From a virus (lineage: Duplodnaviria; Caudoviricetes), in IMG/VR virus record IMGVR_UViG_3300032224_000443, positions 1-57,457 of that record: a stretch of DNA of 57,457 nt, one strand, 5' to 3'. This document shows, one piece after another, positions 56,226 through 57,457 of the stretch (position 1 is its first letter; every line of letters starts with the position of its first letter). The notes below the pieces were generated by a model, which had not been told where the DNA came from, did no database searches, and saw only the letters and a list, made by a program, of their open reading frames with translations. Made by a program: the position numbers and the translations under genes.

Positions 56226-57457
56226 TGGCAACAAAAGTTGTTTTTCTTACTAGCGGTTCAACTTGGACTGTTCCGTTAGATTTTAATTTTTCAAACAATA
56301 CTATAGAAGCTATCGGTGGCGGTGGTGGTAGTGGCTCTGCTTGGCCATCTGGTGGTGCAGGTGGTGGCGGTGGCGCATATACTAAATTAAGTAATTTTTA
56401 TCTAACTCCAGGACAAGTAGTTAATATCAATATTGGTACGGGTGCTGCAACTCCTACCTCTAATGGTGGTGATACTTGGTTAAACACAGCCGCAGCTTCT
56501 GCACCAACATCTTCTGCAACTGGATTATTAGCAAAAGGTGGTTCCTATAGTTCTACCACAACAGGTGGTTTAGGTGGCCAAGCATCTGCATGTATTCCTT
56601 CAGCTTCTGCATTTAGTGGTGGTGATGGAGGCACTGGCGGTGTTAATGGAGGCGGTGGTGGCGGTGGTGGAGCAGCAGGTCCAAATGGAGCTGGTGGTAC
56701 TGGTGGTCCATCAAATAATGGTACTGGTGGTGGTGGCGGTGGCGCCAATGGTGGTACAAATGGTACTGCTAGTGTAGGTGGTACGGGAGGTGGATCACCA
56801 ACTGGTGCTGCTGGTAGCGGCGTTCAATCGCCTGGAGGTACAGGAGCTGGAGGCGGCGGTGGTGGCGGTGGTGCAGGAGGAAGCAACTATCGAGGCGGAG
56901 AAGGTGGCGTAGGTGTTTACTGGACTGCAACCAGCACCACATCTCAAACAACCACTATTAGTATTGCCAATCCAGGTGTATTTACCGTTACAACTGCTCC
57001 ACAATCTGGAACACAAGTTGTATTTTCTACTACTGGTGCACTTCCCACAGGTATTACAGCAGGTACAACTTATTATGTTGTTGCTATTTTTTCTGGCGGC
57101 GTTACTTCTACTACCACGTTTAGTATAGCCGCTACTCTTAACGGAACAGCTATTACGACAACTGGCACACAATCTGGTACTCATACTGCAACATTTACTG
57201 CGGTTGCAGGTCCGGGTGGTGGTTCTGGTGCTGGTACTAGTACCAGTGGTCCTCCTACAACAACTGGTTCTGGTGGTCTTTATGGTGGTGGACAAGGAAA
57301 TCAAAATGGTGATACAAGTGGTAGTGCTAGACAAGGTATTATTGTTGTAACATATACGACACCTATATATGCAAAAAGATTGACTTCTTCTGGTAATTTA
57401 TATATTAATGGTTCATTTGATGAAGTAACTGGTTTAACGGGTGTAGCTACTAGAACA
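56225..57457 (+). CDS. Glycine-rich fibre protein (3'-truncated; absent from the ORF track)
   Basis: ATG 56225 (TAATG overlap) opens MATKVVFLTSGSTWTVP...IEAIGGGGG...GGGGGAY...V.I.IG...QGIIVVTY...KRLTSSGNLYINGSFDEV and stays open to the window end. Confidence 0.8.
   Translation, partial: MATKVVFLTSGSTWTVPLDFNFSNNTIEAIGGGGGSGSAWPSGGAGGGGGAYTKLSNFYLTPGQVVNINIGTGAATPTSNGGDTWLNTAAASAPTSSATGLLAKGGSYSSTTTGGLGGQASACIPSASAFSGGDGGTGGVNGGGGGGGGAAGPNGAGGTGGPSNNGTGGGGGGANGGTNGTASVGGTGGGSPTGAAGSGVQSPGGTGAGGGGGGGGAGGSNYRGGEGGVGVYWTATSTTSQTTTISIANPGVFTVTTAPQSGTQVVFSTTGALPTGITAGTTYYVVAIFSGGVTSTTTFSIAATLNGTAITTTGTQSGTHTATFTAVAGPGGGSGAGTSTSGPPTTTGSGGLYGGGQGNQNGDTSGSARQGIIVVTYTTPIYAKRLTSSGNLYINGSFDEVTGLTGVATRT

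Noticed and set aside
1-57457. Alternative genetic code (stop-codon reassignment)
   Set aside because: Core genes are full length and densely packed under the standard code. The breaks in gp5 and the VrlC-like gene are not bridged by in-frame readthrough into the next ORF's motifs.

Overview
AT-rich segment of a large T4-like myovirus genome (T4-superfamily core genes; the gene order resembles cyano-, pelagi- and rhizobiophages more than T4 itself). 1-6284 (+): RNase H (truncated at the left edge), small conserved ORFs, PhoH, a PD-(D/E)XK exonuclease, a DUF6065-like gene, a two-piece (circularly permuted) alphaproteobacterial-type tmRNA, a DUF3310 gene, then gp33, gp59 and gp32. 6287-11238 (-): tape-measure/hub-like gene, gp51 (missing from the ORF track), gp26, gp54-like, gp2, gp4. 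11289-34961 (+): baseplate module with gp48, gp53, a hub protein, a gp5 split into pieces carrying lysozyme, pseudo-amidase and M15 peptidase domains, gp25, gp6, gp7, gp8, a VrlC/DUF4815-type protein split into three ORFs with a Hint domain, a 2OG-Fe(II) oxygenase and an S74-chaperone fibre. A three-domain glycosyltransferase on the minus strand (34955-37669) shares a pair of crossing late promoters with a 20-kb cluster of fibre genes (37728 to the end), three of which contain nearly proline-free collagen-like Gly-Tyr/Phe-Thr-Gly-Ser-X repeats. The strongest candidates for a new system are (i) a late-expressed virion fibre glycosylation/modification module and (ii) an apparent plug-and-socket code of N- and C-terminal motifs that would link the fibre proteins head-to-tail in gene order. 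The permuted tmRNA points to an alphaproteobacterial host. All family calls come from recognising motifs by eye; no database searches were run.
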